Shown piece by piece: positions 1 through 11,300 of a stretch of DNA of 64,000 nt. The notes beneath the pieces were generated by a model. The model made no database searches, was not told the DNA's origin, and saw nothing but the letters and a program-made list of their open reading frames with translations. The DNA is taken from contig OY762463.1 in the NCBI GenBank assembly GCA_963665815.1, forward strand, positions 2,464,001 through 2,528,000. Direction: 5' to 3'. A program made the position numbers and the translations under genes. Numbering within the stretch: position 1 is the first letter of the stretch; each line of letters starts with the position of its first letter. This DNA is from Candidatus Cloacimonadales bacterium. Its GTDB lineage: Bacteria; Cloacimonadota; Cloacimonadia; Cloacimonadales; JAIOQZ01.

Positions 1-56
1 CTGAATGAACTGACACAATCGGAAGTATCTTTATTCATAAACTGTTTCCTTAATAA

Positions 57-785
57 TTAATCTTTTTTCGCAGTTGGAATTTGTCCATTTATCCATTGTT
101 TTACTTGCATTATGGAACCTGGTACATAAGCCAATTGTTCTGTCCGTAAATCTAACACTGCAATAGCCAGAAATGTTATTTCTTCACTCTTAGTCATTTC
201 ATTAATGCTCTCTGTTAATAGATATCCGAACGTTCTTATATGACTACCCTTTTCTTCAAAACCACTTCTTACTGCAGAACTCACAATCAGAAATTGCTCC
301 CCAATTCTAACTTTGTAGATTGGCATTTCATCCTGCTTGGAATAAACTTCAATGATTTTAGCTTCAAAGGCAACAATTTTTCCATTCCATCTATCAGGAT
401 GTTTTTTTGCTTTTTTGAGTTTTTTTTCATTAAAATCTGTTGGAAATGAAACAACTCCATCGTCTGGTTTTTCTAGCTCTTTACTGATAACTAATTTTAA
501 CATCTCGCAATTGTCCATCATATATGGTATTATGTTGTTGTTAATTTTACTTAAACTATCTTTGTTTGCTATTAGCCTAATTTCACCAAGGTTGCGATCT
601 GCAACTAAACCCCTCATAGCTTTGTCATAACAAGCATCAAATTTATCACTGAAATCAGAGTATTGTTCTATTTCTCCAATTTCAATACAGATTTTATTGG
701 ATAATTTTACAATCAAACTATCAACAGTTTGAGAATATAAACTAACAAAGATTAATGAAGTCAATGTACATAAAACTAGTCTCAA
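57..785 (-). CDS. hypothetical exported protein
   Basis: 242-aa ORF with a TTG start and GGAGG upstream. Signal-peptide-like N-terminus; no recognised catalytic motif. Confidence 0.7.
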   Translation of the reverse strand: MRLVLCTLTSLIFVSLYSQTVDSLIVKLSNKICIEIGEIEQYSDFSDKFDACYDKAMRGLVADRNLGEIRLIANKDSLSKINNNIIPYMMDNCEMLKLVISKELEKPDDGVVSFPTDFNEKKLKKAKKHPDRWNGKIVAFEAKIIEVYSKQDEMPIYKVRIGEQFLIVSSAVRSGFEEKGSHIRTFGYLLTESINEMTKSEEITFLAIAVLDLRTEQLAYVPGSIMQVKQWINGQIPTAKKD

Positions 786-1087
786 TTATCCTCCAAATTT
801 GCATGATGTAAGCCTCAAAAAACTTCTTGGAAAAGCAGTGATCTCACAAAAGCTATTTATGATTCAAAGTTATTGTCTAATAAAAATCCCGATATTAATG
901 CATCTAATAAGTTTTGGCGTACATATTGTCAAACAGAAAATAATCATAATCAGTAAGGTTTTATTTTTTGATTCCATATCGGCTGTTTCCAGTACAAAAG
1001 AGCTTCTCCCAAACTCATGTTTACTCCTTTGAAAGATCATCTAATATTTACATCTCTTAATTGTAAACTCGGGTAACCATAATCGAA

Positions 1088-1969
1088 TTAGACGTTGATA
1101 AACTTACTCATTTTAACGTAATAATCGATTAATGCTCTATCGTATGAACAACACTTATATCCCCTGTAGAAGCCTTGTCTATCTTTATCATCATCAAAAT
1201 AATAATCTATTATTGCCAAATCATAATAAGGATCTCCAACATCGACAAAACCCCAATCCAGCACAATCATGTTTTCTTTGTAATCTATCATGATATTCTT
1301 TGTTCGAAAATCTCCATGTAGCAGGCAAACCTTATTCTGAACAGGTTTATTACCTTTCAGCCACTTCAACATCTCTTCAGGGGATTGTTCCTGGAATTCA
1401 CAACTGTCTAAAATTGCATGCTTCATGTTAATTTCAGCAATTCTTAACTGACCCTCTAACCATTCACCATTTTTATCAACAAGCTTATATAAACCGTGTA
1501 TTCTCGATAAGACTTGCCCAACTTTTTCCCAAATATCTTGCCTTTCCAGTACATTCATAATTGTTCTGAGTTTTTCTCTAACAGTTACTCCATTAATGAA
1601 ATCTTCTATTAAATATCCTATATTGTCCAGCATTTTGAAACATCTTATTTCAGGCACAATATACATTTCGTTATCCTTTACTAATAGCCGTAATATATCT
1701 GCTTCTCTTTTGAGCTCGTTTATCCTGTACAACCCTTTTGATATTTTTAGTACTCTTTTTTGACCATCATGAAAAAAGCTATAGACATTACTTACTTTAC
1801 CACCAGCAAGTTTCGTGGTTATCCCTTTAGTAATGAGTGCTTCAGATAAAACAGAATCAATATCTTCCAGTGAAATTTTCTCATCCCTGAAACCCTTGAT
1901 TTCCAAAGGTGAGAAAACTTTATACCTCGATTTGACCATGAGATTAATTCCCCCAGAAATTTTACCCAT
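1088..1969 (-). CDS. APH/choline-kinase-like phosphotransferase
   Basis: VLKI Lys motif, Brenner motif HGDFRTKNI, VLDWG and GDPYYDLA. Start uncertain (1969 or 1939). Confidence 0.85.
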   Translation of the reverse strand: MGKISGGINLMVKSRYKVFSPLEIKGFRDEKISLEDIDSVLSEALITKGITTKLAGGKVSNVYSFFHDGQKRVLKISKGLYRINELKREADILRLLVKDNEMYIVPEIRCFKMLDNIGYLIEDFINGVTVREKLRTIMNVLERQDIWEKVGQVLSRIHGLYKLVDKNGEWLEGQLRIAEINMKHAILDSCEFQEQSPEEMLKWLKGNKPVQNKVCLLHGDFRTKNIMIDYKENMIVLDWGFVDVGDPYYDLAIIDYYFDDDKDRQGFYRGYKCCSYDRALIDYYVKMSKFINV

Positions 1970-2067
1970 GTTGACTTTGAATTAATTAACCTGCAAGTTT
2001 TTTAATGAATAAAGTTTCTTTGGGCTTTGACAAATCAATTAGATAACATCCTTAAATTGCAAATATA

Positions 2068-2095
2068 TTGACACCTTAAATGAATAGTATATAAT
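2068..2095 (+). promoter_or_regulatory. sigma-70-type promoter
   Basis: TTGACA (2068-2073), 16-bp spacer, TATAAT (2090-2095). Followed by GGAG (2115) and ATG (2125). Confidence 0.7.
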
Positions 2096-2124
2096 TATAA
2101 GTAAATCCAGACATGGAGATAATT

Positions 2125-3050
2125 ATGACAATCAAGTCTGGATCGGCAATATCGTTATTGCAAAAGAAGAAAGAGGCAAGGGACTTGGCTATAAACTGAT
2201 TACTGCAGTTTTGGAGTACCTGCATAAGAATAAGAATGCTCTCACATTTAGACTTGGGGCAGTCCCCCTGGCAATCGGGCTTTACAAAAAAGCTGGATTT
2301 CTCCCAGAATCCTTCACAACTGCTCAAGTGGCAGATCTGCCTTTACCAATAAAACATGATGAAACTCTACCTTGCGCGTTAATAGTAGAACAAATCGACA
2401 AATCCACTTTGAAATCCATAAGTGAAATTGATAAAGCCTTCTTCAAATCAGATCGCTCAGATTTACTGATGAACATATATAACGATTCTATCAGGGAAAG
2501 TTGTTTTTGCCTGAAAGATAAAAATAAGGTTTTGGGTTTTCTTATGATAAGAAGAAGACAGGCTTCGAAAATTGAGGGGAACTTTGCCGAAGGACCGGAT
2601 TATGCTTATCGTCTGGGACCATGCTGTATCCTCCCTGAATATGGTATTCAAGGCTTCAAAGCTCTTATGCAAAAGGCAATTACTGCTATTAACAGGAAAG
2701 CTTCTCAACTGGAAGGCAGTGCTAAAATATATGCTGTATTTCCCAGAAATGCAGACAAAAAGGACATTTTTAGGGATACAAGAGAGCTTACAATGGAAAT
2801 GGGTGTAGATACAAACTTAGAAAGTGTTTTTAACGAGCATGATCATATTTTTGGAGCACAGAAATCCGTTAAATATGATGATCAATGGAAGTATATGGAA
2901 AGTCTGGGATTTGGTCAAGAATACTTCGAACAGGTAATGAGCTTTTCACCTGAAGACAGTCTGGACTCTAAAACAGCAGATCAATGCAGAGCCACACAAG
3001 CTGACACTGAGGGAATCTTTGCAACTGCTACCCCCGGTGATAAGGGGTAG
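2125..3050 (+). pseudogene. GNAT acetyltransferase, N-terminally deleted and out of frame with its start codon
   Basis: The frame of the 2211-3050 ORF extends upstream as NYDNQVWIGNIVIAKEERGKGLGYKL (motif A), then AIGLYKKAGF (motif B), with no canonical in-frame start before 2211 (stop at 2085). The RBS-backed ATG at 2125 is in another frame and stops after 24 codons. Confidence 0.7.
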
Positions 3051-3202
3051 GGAAGTTGACTTTACTTTCATTTTCATATCCTGAAATTATTCTGTGTTTG
3101 GTATATAAACATTGTAAGAGTTTCAGTTGATTTTTAGAATAACCGCCCTCCAATGGGTCGGTAAAGTTATCATCACAGTTTTATTAATATTCGATCAACT
3201 CG

Positions 3203-4024
3203 TTACAGATCTTCAAAACCAATAAGCTTTTTAAATAAGTATTCATTTCTTTCATTGTAATCCTCTTCTTCTCTGTCTGCAATCCTTGTAGAACGTAAAT
3301 AGTTTATATCTAAGCTGCCGGGATCATATTCACCATAGCAGTAACCATAACCATCACCTGAGAAATTTCCCTCACTACCAGCAGCAATCACGGGACCATT
3401 AATTGCTTTAAGGCTAATGTAGATATCTTCTGCTCCATAAATATTCAGCATTTCTGGTGTGAAAACAAAATTAACTGTATTGGCATCCAGAATTATTAAA
3501 GAATCAGCAAAAGTTCCCCCGCACCAGATTGAGTAGAATAATCTATAGTATGTCTCGTTATCACAATCAGTCCATTCCAGATTAAATCCATTATCTGGAT
3601 TGATTGCTTGAGGAATTGAAGAAAAATTGAAATAAAAAGATTGAGGAATCACACAACTACTTGATGAGACAAGTTCATTATTGTTAGCTCTGATTTCTAT
3701 ATCATAAGTATGGGATGTCACCCATTGATACTCTGGCTCATCATACCTTAGATCATAGTCCCATGTTCGTCCGGTAATTGCTGGATAATCGCTGGAAAAA
3801 ACTATTGAATCATTAATGGAAAACTCGGTAGTGTTTACTGCCGGATAATAATCAACAACAATATAAGCACTTGAATATACATCTTGATCATAATTAAAAC
3901 GTGATAATCTTGCATAAGTTCTCATTCTTTTACTTACAGGTCCAGTTCCATTATCATCTGAACAACTTATAAGCAAACCTAAAACACATAAAATCAATAA
4001 AATAGAAATACTATTCTTTTTCAT
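3203..4024 (-). CDS. hypothetical lipoprotein
   Basis: AAGGAG RBS, lipobox LISC, beta-rich mature region. Confidence 0.8.
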   Translation of the reverse strand: MKKNSISILLILCVLGLLISCSDDNGTGPVSKRMRTYARLSRFNYDQDVYSSAYIVVDYYPAVNTTEFSINDSIVFSSDYPAITGRTWDYDLRYDEPEYQWVTSHTYDIEIRANNNELVSSSSCVIPQSFYFNFSSIPQAINPDNGFNLEWTDCDNETYYRLFYSIWCGGTFADSLIILDANTVNFVFTPEMLNIYGAEDIYISLKAINGPVIAAGSEGNFSGDGYGYCYGEYDPGSLDINYLRSTRIADREEEDYNERNEYLFKKLIGFEDL

Positions 4025-4325
4025 TGCATCTCCTTAAATTAACATAAGCTAAATTATAAAGTCAATTTATAGCTTTAGTTAACTTTGTCAAATTTATTGT
4101 CCCACTCTTTAATTTCCAGAATACAGAATGTAAGTATAAAAAATCTCAAGCCTCTTTTATGTATAATCCGTTAAATCCACCCTCCGCAATCCCAACTAAC
4201 CACAGATAAAACTTGACTCTCCTCCTTACCGGATTACAATATTAGTACTACTAAGAGAGATTTCTAATCACTGACAGTTCAAACAGTGCATAGTCTTTTA
4301 ATATTTAACAAAATTGGAGTAATTA

Positions 4326-5471
4326 ATGAGATACAGTATTATAATCATTCTTGTCCTTCTGTTATCTGTTTTCGGGTGTTCATCTTCAGATGATAAAGAT
4401 AACTCAACCCCAGGCTCACAAATCCAAAACATCCTCAATGAAGCAGTTACAGAAACTCATCCGGGATATTCACTTTATGTGGATTCACCTGAATACGGAA
4501 CTTGGAAACTGGCTGCCGGAAAAGCTGATATCGAGACTCAGGAAGATATGGAACCATCAAGCACGCTACGTCTTGGTAGTACAACCAAGACATTTACTGC
4601 CACATTGTGTCTGTTACTCCATGAGGACGGATTGTTGGACTTTGACCGGAAGCTGAGTGAGTTTCTCCCGGAAATCACTGTTCCCCACGATAGTCTTATT
4701 ACTATTGAAAACCTGCTGAACATGACAAGCGGAATCCTTGATTATGCCAACGACGGTGACCAGATTATGAATGAAATTCTGGAAGATCCGACAAGAATTT
4801 ATACACCTCAGGAGCTTGTAGAATATGCAATTGAAATAACTGATCCTGCTGAGATTCATCCCGGTGCAAGTTGGCACTACTCCAACACTAATTATGTGCT
4901 GCTCGGACTGATTATTGAGGAAGTCAGCGGATCTACTTATGCTGACCTGCTCAGAACCAGCATCATTGACCACATTGGATTGGATCATACTACAGTAGAC
5001 GAAGAACCTGAGAATTTTACTCACGGTTATCTTGATCTGGATGATGATGGCCTGCTTGACGATGTAACCTCCTGGAATCCTACTCCATTCTGGAGTGCAG
5101 GCTGTCTTATAGGCACGGCAGAAGATCTCGGTAAATTTGCTTCTGCTCTGTTCAAAGAAGAAATTATTACTTCCGGATCGTTGGATCTGATGCAAAGCTG
5201 GTTCCCGCTGGGAGAAGGAATACCATTTGAATATGGTTACGGATGTGGATTTCATACAGATATGAATCTTATTGGTCATAACGGAGGGACTCCGGGATAC
5301 GCAGCCGAAATGTGGTTTCATACTGATACGGGAACAATTATAACGGTTATCTCAAACTCAAACAGAACAGATGGAGATCATACCTTTAATATAGTGCATG
5401 CTGTCGGTCAGGAACTGAATTTTGGAGATGGGGCCAATGCAAGATCATTGAGCGGATGGATAACATTTTAG
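4326..5471 (+). CDS. serine hydrolase (beta-lactamase class C / D-Ala-D-Ala peptidase family) lipoprotein
   Basis: Lipobox VFGC, SxxK (STTK), LLNMTSG, YxN (YSN) and HNG triad. Confidence 0.9.
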   Translation: MRYSIIIILVLLLSVFGCSSSDDKDNSTPGSQIQNILNEAVTETHPGYSLYVDSPEYGTWKLAAGKADIETQEDMEPSSTLRLGSTTKTFTATLCLLLHEDGLLDFDRKLSEFLPEITVPHDSLITIENLLNMTSGILDYANDGDQIMNEILEDPTRIYTPQELVEYAIEITDPAEIHPGASWHYSNTNYVLLGLIIEEVSGSTYADLLRTSIIDHIGLDHTTVDEEPENFTHGYLDLDDDGLLDDVTSWNPTPFWSAGCLIGTAEDLGKFASALFKEEIITSGSLDLMQSWFPLGEGIPFEYGYGCGFHTDMNLIGHNGGTPGYAAEMWFHTDTGTIITVISNSNRTDGDHTFNIVHAVGQELNFGDGANARSLSGWITF

Positions 5472-5560
5472 GTTATTGATTGAGTCATTTTTCTAAATGC
5501 TAAAAGTGCCATTATCAAAGACTTTTACTCTGAAGTACAATCCGAGAATTTTCTCACACA

Positions 5561-8383
5561 TCAGTACAAAGGATGAAAGAATTTCTTGATGGATGAAATA
5601 ATCTCTGTATGTGATTTGCACTCTCTGACTTTGGTTGGAGTTATTTCTTTAAAGTACTGTCCGTAGAATTTTGTGGAAACTCTGTTATCCAGCAAAAGCA
5701 CAATTCCTGTATCCTTTTTGTTTCTCACCAGTCTGCCGAATCCCTGTCTATATTTCAGCAGTGCATTAGGCAGCATATAGTGCATAAATGACTTTTTGCC
5801 TTCTTTCTCAAGCTTTTCAATGTAGGCTTCAATAACAGGCTCAGTGGGAACCTGGAACGGAAGTTTATATATAATAAGTAATGATAACGCTTCTCCGGGG
5901 ATATCCACGCCTTCCCAGAATGAGCTTGTGCCAAGCAGAATGGACTTTTTATGGTCTCTGAACTCATTCAACAGAGTTGTTCGGTTCAATCCCTTGCCCT
6001 GCGCCAGAAGAGGAGTTTCTTCCGTATTCAGTACTTTAGAAAGATATTCGTACATACTATTCAGGTCCTTATAAGATGTGAACAGGATCAATGTGCCTGC
6101 TTCCGAAGCCTTAATCACGTCCTGAACCAGATGACTTGCCTGCGTAGCAAACAGCTTATCAGAAGGCTGAGGAAGAAACGAAGCTGCCAGTACAGAGCTC
6201 TGGTGCTGATAATCGAAAGGAGAATCAACAATTTTGGTTATAACCGGATATTCTTCTTTGTTCAGTCCTATTCTGTTTGTCATAAACTTAAATTTACCAC
6301 GGAGCGAAATAGTCGCAGATGTGAAAATCAGGGATTTTAGCTTGTCATACAGGTTTTTCTGAAGTACTGTACTGATATCGAGAGGTGCAATATTTATTAT
6401 ACCGTTAGGGTAGTTATCAGATCTGAAATTTGAGAACCAGTAGGCATATTCCTTGTGATCTTCTTCTGAGAATTTTTCCAGTGCATCAATCAATTCCTTT
6501 ATTCTGTTCAAGGCAGAATCCATTCCGGAAAGATGTTTGTCATGATCCATGAAGATTGATTTATCAATTCCTGAGAGTTGATCTCTTATTCTCTGCAGTA
6601 TGCCCAGTAAAGCATTACACTGTTTTAGAGCACTTTCTATATTAACAAAAATATCATTGTGTTTTCTGAATTCCTTGATCCGCAGTTTATTATAGCTGCC
6701 TTCAACATCTACAGCCTTGCCTATTCCGGTAAAAAGATCACCGAGAATAATCTGCGTTTCTTCGATAATCACAATTGCAGAAGCAATGTACTGATTGAAT
6801 GCCTTTTTAACCATATCTGTAATCAGAGATTTTGTCGCAGAACCTTTTAAATGAGGTAGTATACCATTCTGAAGGTTGTTTCGGATACTGAACAAGTGAG
6901 AAAGATATATACTGAAATCACTATAACCAAGCGACAGTCCCAGATGGTTAGATGCTGCATCAGGGATATTATGAGCCTCGTCAATAATCAGATATCCATA
7001 TTCACCGAGAGAGGAGTTCTCATTCATCTGATCTGCCAGCATAAGCGAGTGATTAACAATCACCAGATTTCCATCTTCGCCGGCTCCACGTATTCTCTGC
7101 ATGAAACAGTTTTTGTTCTGTGGGCACTTTCTACCTCGACAAAAAAAACGTTCTGCTGCAACCCTTTTCCAGAACCTGCCCATAGCTTCCTTACGGAAAG
7201 ATGAGTTTTCGGAGATATCACCCGTTTGAGTGAAATGTCTCCATACGACCAACCTGAGAACGGCATCAATATCATCAGCTGCATGATTCTGATTTACATC
7301 AAAGAGCACGTCTTCCCATTTTCTGACACATATATAATTGTCTCTGCCCTTGAGTAAAGCAGCTTTGAATGGAATATCGAGATAATTCTTAATCAGAGGT
7401 AAGTCTTTAAAGAATAATTGCTCCTGTAAGTTCTTTGTATTTGTGGTGAGTATTATTTTTTCACCTTTCAGGTTACTGAATCGCAATGAAGGAATCAGAT
7501 AAGCCAGTGATTTTCCGACTCCCGTTCCCGCTTCAACCAGTAAAAACTGATTGTATGTCAGTGCTTTTTCTACAGATTCAGCCATATCTACCTGACCGTT
7601 TCTCATTTCATAGTTGTCTAAAGACTTACTGATCGGTCCTTCCGTAGAGAATATCTCACTGATATCCATCTCTTTTTCAGGTTTCTTCTTGGAGATAATA
7701 ACATTTACCGGTACTTTAAAAGGATACTTGCTGTCCTTAGAGAGAATCACTTCATTCTTCTGATGATCAACAACACTTTCGAAAAATCTGTCAATTTCAG
7801 TATCAAATATTCTCTTGTCCGAAATCTGCTTTAACTGGAAATTCACCTGCATCGGAATGTTTTCAACAGCTATTTTCTGAAGTTCCCAAAATAAAAGCCC
7901 GGTTGCTTCAGCATCATAAATAGCTCTGTGTGCGTTATTAAGCTTTATTCCAAGATACTCACATAAGGTCACAAGCTTATGGTTTTTGGTGAATGGCAAA
8001 TATATATCTGCTATTTCAAGAGTGTCGATATATCTGTTTGTCAGCTTGAAGAATCCTTCTCGCTGGAGTTGCGAATTTATGAAGTTAATATCAAACCAGG
8101 TATTATGGCAGACAATCAGTTTGTCCTTTATAAACTCCAGCAAACCCGGTACTGCTTCAGAAAAAGAAGGAGCTCCGGCAAGCTGCTCATCTGTAATATG
8201 TGTTAAATTCTTTATAAACTGGGAAACCTGCTTTGTTGGTTTAATGAAGGTCGAAAAAACATCTTTTTTCACACCATCTTCAAAAAGCACAGCCCCTATT
8301 TCAATAATTTCTTCTTCGGAAAAGCTGAGACCCGTTGTTTCCAGATCCAGCACAATATATCTGTTATAATTTTTCAAGCTCAT
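5561..8383 (-). CDS. dinG: DnaQ-like 3'-5' exonuclease fused to DinG helicase
   Basis: DEDDh motifs DLETTG, HNTWFD and HRAIYD. Helicase motifs RNGQ, AGTGVGKS, DEAH and QGFGRLVR. Confidence 0.9.
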   Translation of the reverse strand: MSLKNYNRYIVLDLETTGLSFSEEEIIEIGAVLFEDGVKKDVFSTFIKPTKQVSQFIKNLTHITDEQLAGAPSFSEAVPGLLEFIKDKLIVCHNTWFDINFINSQLQREGFFKLTNRYIDTLEIADIYLPFTKNHKLVTLCEYLGIKLNNAHRAIYDAEATGLLFWELQKIAVENIPMQVNFQLKQISDKRIFDTEIDRFFESVVDHQKNEVILSKDSKYPFKVPVNVIISKKKPEKEMDISEIFSTEGPISKSLDNYEMRNGQVDMAESVEKALTYNQFLLVEAGTGVGKSLAYLIPSLRFSNLKGEKIILTTNTKNLQEQLFFKDLPLIKNYLDIPFKAALLKGRDNYICVRKWEDVLFDVNQNHAADDIDAVLRLVVWRHFTQTGDISENSSFRKEAMGRFWKRVAAERFFCRGRKCPQNKNCFMQRIRGAGEDGNLVIVNHSLMLADQMNENSSLGEYGYLIIDEAHNIPDAASNHLGLSLGYSDFSIYLSHLFSIRNNLQNGILPHLKGSATKSLITDMVKKAFNQYIASAIVIIEETQIILGDLFTGIGKAVDVEGSYNKLRIKEFRKHNDIFVNIESALKQCNALLGILQRIRDQLSGIDKSIFMDHDKHLSGMDSALNRIKELIDALEKFSEEDHKEYAYWFSNFRSDNYPNGIINIAPLDISTVLQKNLYDKLKSLIFTSATISLRGKFKFMTNRIGLNKEEYPVITKIVDSPFDYQHQSSVLAASFLPQPSDKLFATQASHLVQDVIKASEAGTLILFTSYKDLNSMYEYLSKVLNTEETPLLAQGKGLNRTTLLNEFRDHKKSILLGTSSFWEGVDIPGEALSLLIIYKLPFQVPTEPVIEAYIEKLEKEGKKSFMHYMLPNALLKYRQGFGRLVRNKKDTGIVLLLDNRVSTKFYGQYFKEITPTKVRECKSHTEIISSIKKFFHPLY

Positions 8384-11300
8384 ATCGTTTTATCTTCTTA
8401 ATAAGTCCCTGACGACTCAAACCCAGATCCTTTGCCGCCTGAGTCTGATTCCACTCTCTTTTTTCCAGCACATCCATAATCATTTTTCTTTCCAGATTCT
8501 CAACAGCTTCTTTAAGTGTAAGAGTATTCAGCATTGTTACAACTTCAGAATTTTCAGCATACTTGAAAATCTCTTCGGAAAGATCGGAAGGTTTAATGAA
8601 TGCTTCGTTTTCCACGAGAGTCACAGCTCTTTCGATTTCATTTTCCAGCTGTCGAATATTTCCCGGCCAGTTACAGGCAACAAGATGCTTCATAGCTTCA
8701 TCTGTGATACCAAGCACATTCTTATTCATCTTTTTATTGTATTTATCGAGAAAATGTATAGCAAGAAGCGGAATATCGGATTTTCTTTCTTTAAGAGCCG
8801 GAACCTGAATTTTTATCACATTTAACCTGTAATAAAGATCCATCCTGAACTTGCCTTCTTTAACCTTATCAGCAAGTGATACGTTTGTTGCACATATAAC
8901 ACGAACATTAACCTTGGTTGTCTGAGTTGAACCTACTCGTTTTACTTCACCTTCCTGCAGGAATCTGAGAAGTTTAGCCTGAGTAGAAAGACTTATGTCT
9001 GCAATCTCATCGAGGAAGAAAGTTCCACCGTCAGCAACTTCGAAGAGTCCTTTCTTATCATAGGCTGCGCCTGTGAAAGATCCTTTTGTATGCCCGAATA
9101 ATTCACTTTCAAGCAATGTTTCCGGTAGTGCTCCGCAATATTGAGCAATAAATTGCTTATTCCTTCTGTTAGAAGTATAGTGTATAGCTCTGGTAATAAG
9201 TTCTTTACCGGTTCCACTTGGACCTTCCAGAAATATTGTTGTAGGTGTATCTTTAATCTTTTCGATCAAGCGGAAAATCTCCTGAATCTTCTCACTTTTA
9301 CCTATAATATTTGTATATGTATTGGCAGTACTTAGTTCTTCTCTTAGAATTGCATGAGATCTTGTCAGATTATTATGTCTGATATTTTCAACAAGTACAA
9401 TAATCTGATTAGATAATGCACTGAGCAGATTATAAATCTTCTTGTTAAAGTAGTGCGATCCGTGTTTACTGAATAAAAGAATTACACCTAGATTCTGGTT
9501 TCTAATCACCAGAGGGAATGTAATAATATTATTAAACTGAGGAGCAAAATGCGGCTGCTTAATGTTATAGCCTTTCATTTCTGAAAAAGTTGCCAGAATT
9601 CTATCTGCAAGCACATCGTAGTCAGGATCTTCTCTACTGAATTTATTAAACACCTGATATTCCCAGGAATCCTTTGTCTGACGAGCATTATACAGACACA
9701 ATAATCCACCGTCCGCATCTGAGATATCAACCAGATTATCCAGAGCTGAATCAAGCAGTAAATCGAAATCATTGATCAAGTTCAGCTTTTGTGTAATATC
9801 ATAGAATTTGTTCAGCAGTGATTCCTGATTTTTAGATTCTTTCAGTTCAGCTGCATGTTCACGCTGAATTCTCTGAATCAGTGTATCATTTTTCTCCAGC
9901 AGTTTTATTGCATCGTATTCTTTAATTAGCTTTTTGTTGTCTGTAAGTAATTGTAAAGCTTGTTCCCAGTCCTGCTGTTCGTACATAACAGAAGCGTATT
10001 CAATGTTACATACTGCAAGCTCGAAGTTACTGTTTGTTTCAACATATATCTCAATTGCTTTTCCCAGCAGATTCTTCTTGTCTTTCAGATTTTTTTCCAG
10101 CATAGACATGTGATAATACGTATTTCCAAGCTCTACTTTAAATCCCATTTCCTCTGATATCTCAAAGGCATTTTTCAGATAGTAACGTGCTATTTCAAAG
10201 TTTCTTGTAGCAATAAAATAATTTGCCTGTTTATGACAAACCTCTATCATAAGTTTGTCTTTTGCATTAATAGATTTGAAATAATCATAACTGTCTACAA
10301 GATATGCATAAGCTTCACCGTATTTGTGCAGTTTTGTCAGTACATATCCAATATTTCCGTAAAGTTCGGCTTTCAGAATATCGTTCTGGATATCCGGAAG
10401 AAGCTCTTCTGCTTTGAAATAAAGATCGTAAGAAAGGTTATACTCTCCACGTTTTGAGAACAGATCTCCCAGATTGTTATATGATTCTGCCATACCCGGC
10501 AGGAAACTATTATTCTTTGATTTTTCAATAGCTCTTTCGTAGTATTCTATCGCTTTTGTCCATTTACCGGATTTAAAGTAAAGAGCTCCAAGATTGTTCA
10601 ATGCGGATATAATATCTCTGAACAGGCTGAAATTCATTGCTGTCTGCAGGGATTTCTCAAATGCATCAGCGGCTTTGTCAAATTCAGCATTATCCATGTA
10701 GGTAATACCAATGTTGTTATATATATCTGTAATATTATCTCTGTCGCTGAGTAGTTTCTGAATATGAAGTGCTTTAAACAGATAGTCAAGAGACTGCTTG
10801 TAATCTCCTTTTTCTTCGAACATTCCACCAAGGTTGTTATAGCAGACAGATACTCCGCCTATATTATAGCTTTCCTGTTCCAGCTTGAGGCTCTCTTTGT
10901 AAAGATCCTCGGTTTTGTCCCATTCACCTTTGTACATGGCAAGAATTCCGAGATTGTTATAAATTGCTGCAAGTCCGCTTTTTTCCCCGGATTTCTTATA
11001 CATTTCTTCAGCATTGAAGAATTCTGTCTCAGCTTTATCCCACTGATTTGAATAGTAGTAGATCTTCCCTTTAGTTTTCTTGCATCCGGCAAGCAATTGA
11101 ACTCTTTTCTTCTCTTCCTTTACTACATAAGCATGGTCTGCGGCAGTTTCTATACTGTACATAGCTTCATCAATCTTGCCTTGAATAATATAAAGGTCGG
11201 CCTGAAGAATAAACAGTTTACAAAGCCAGAATGCTGAGGCTGTCTTGGTAGTATATTTCTTGATAATCTCCATTGCAAAAGAGATAGAGTTTATCTTATA

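Noticed and set aside
786-1087. Small gene or genes between the first two CDSs
   Set aside because: Only short frames, including an RBS-led 22-codon one on the minus strand, with no recognisable motif.
4614-5321. 235-aa antisense ORF and the other short overlapping ORFs in the track
   Set aside because: They are shadows of well-supported genes and have no motifs or RBS support.
1088-5471. Antibiotic-resistance cluster (APH, GNAT, beta-lactamase)
   Set aside because: The motifs give only broad superfamilies with many non-resistance members, and the GNAT looks broken.
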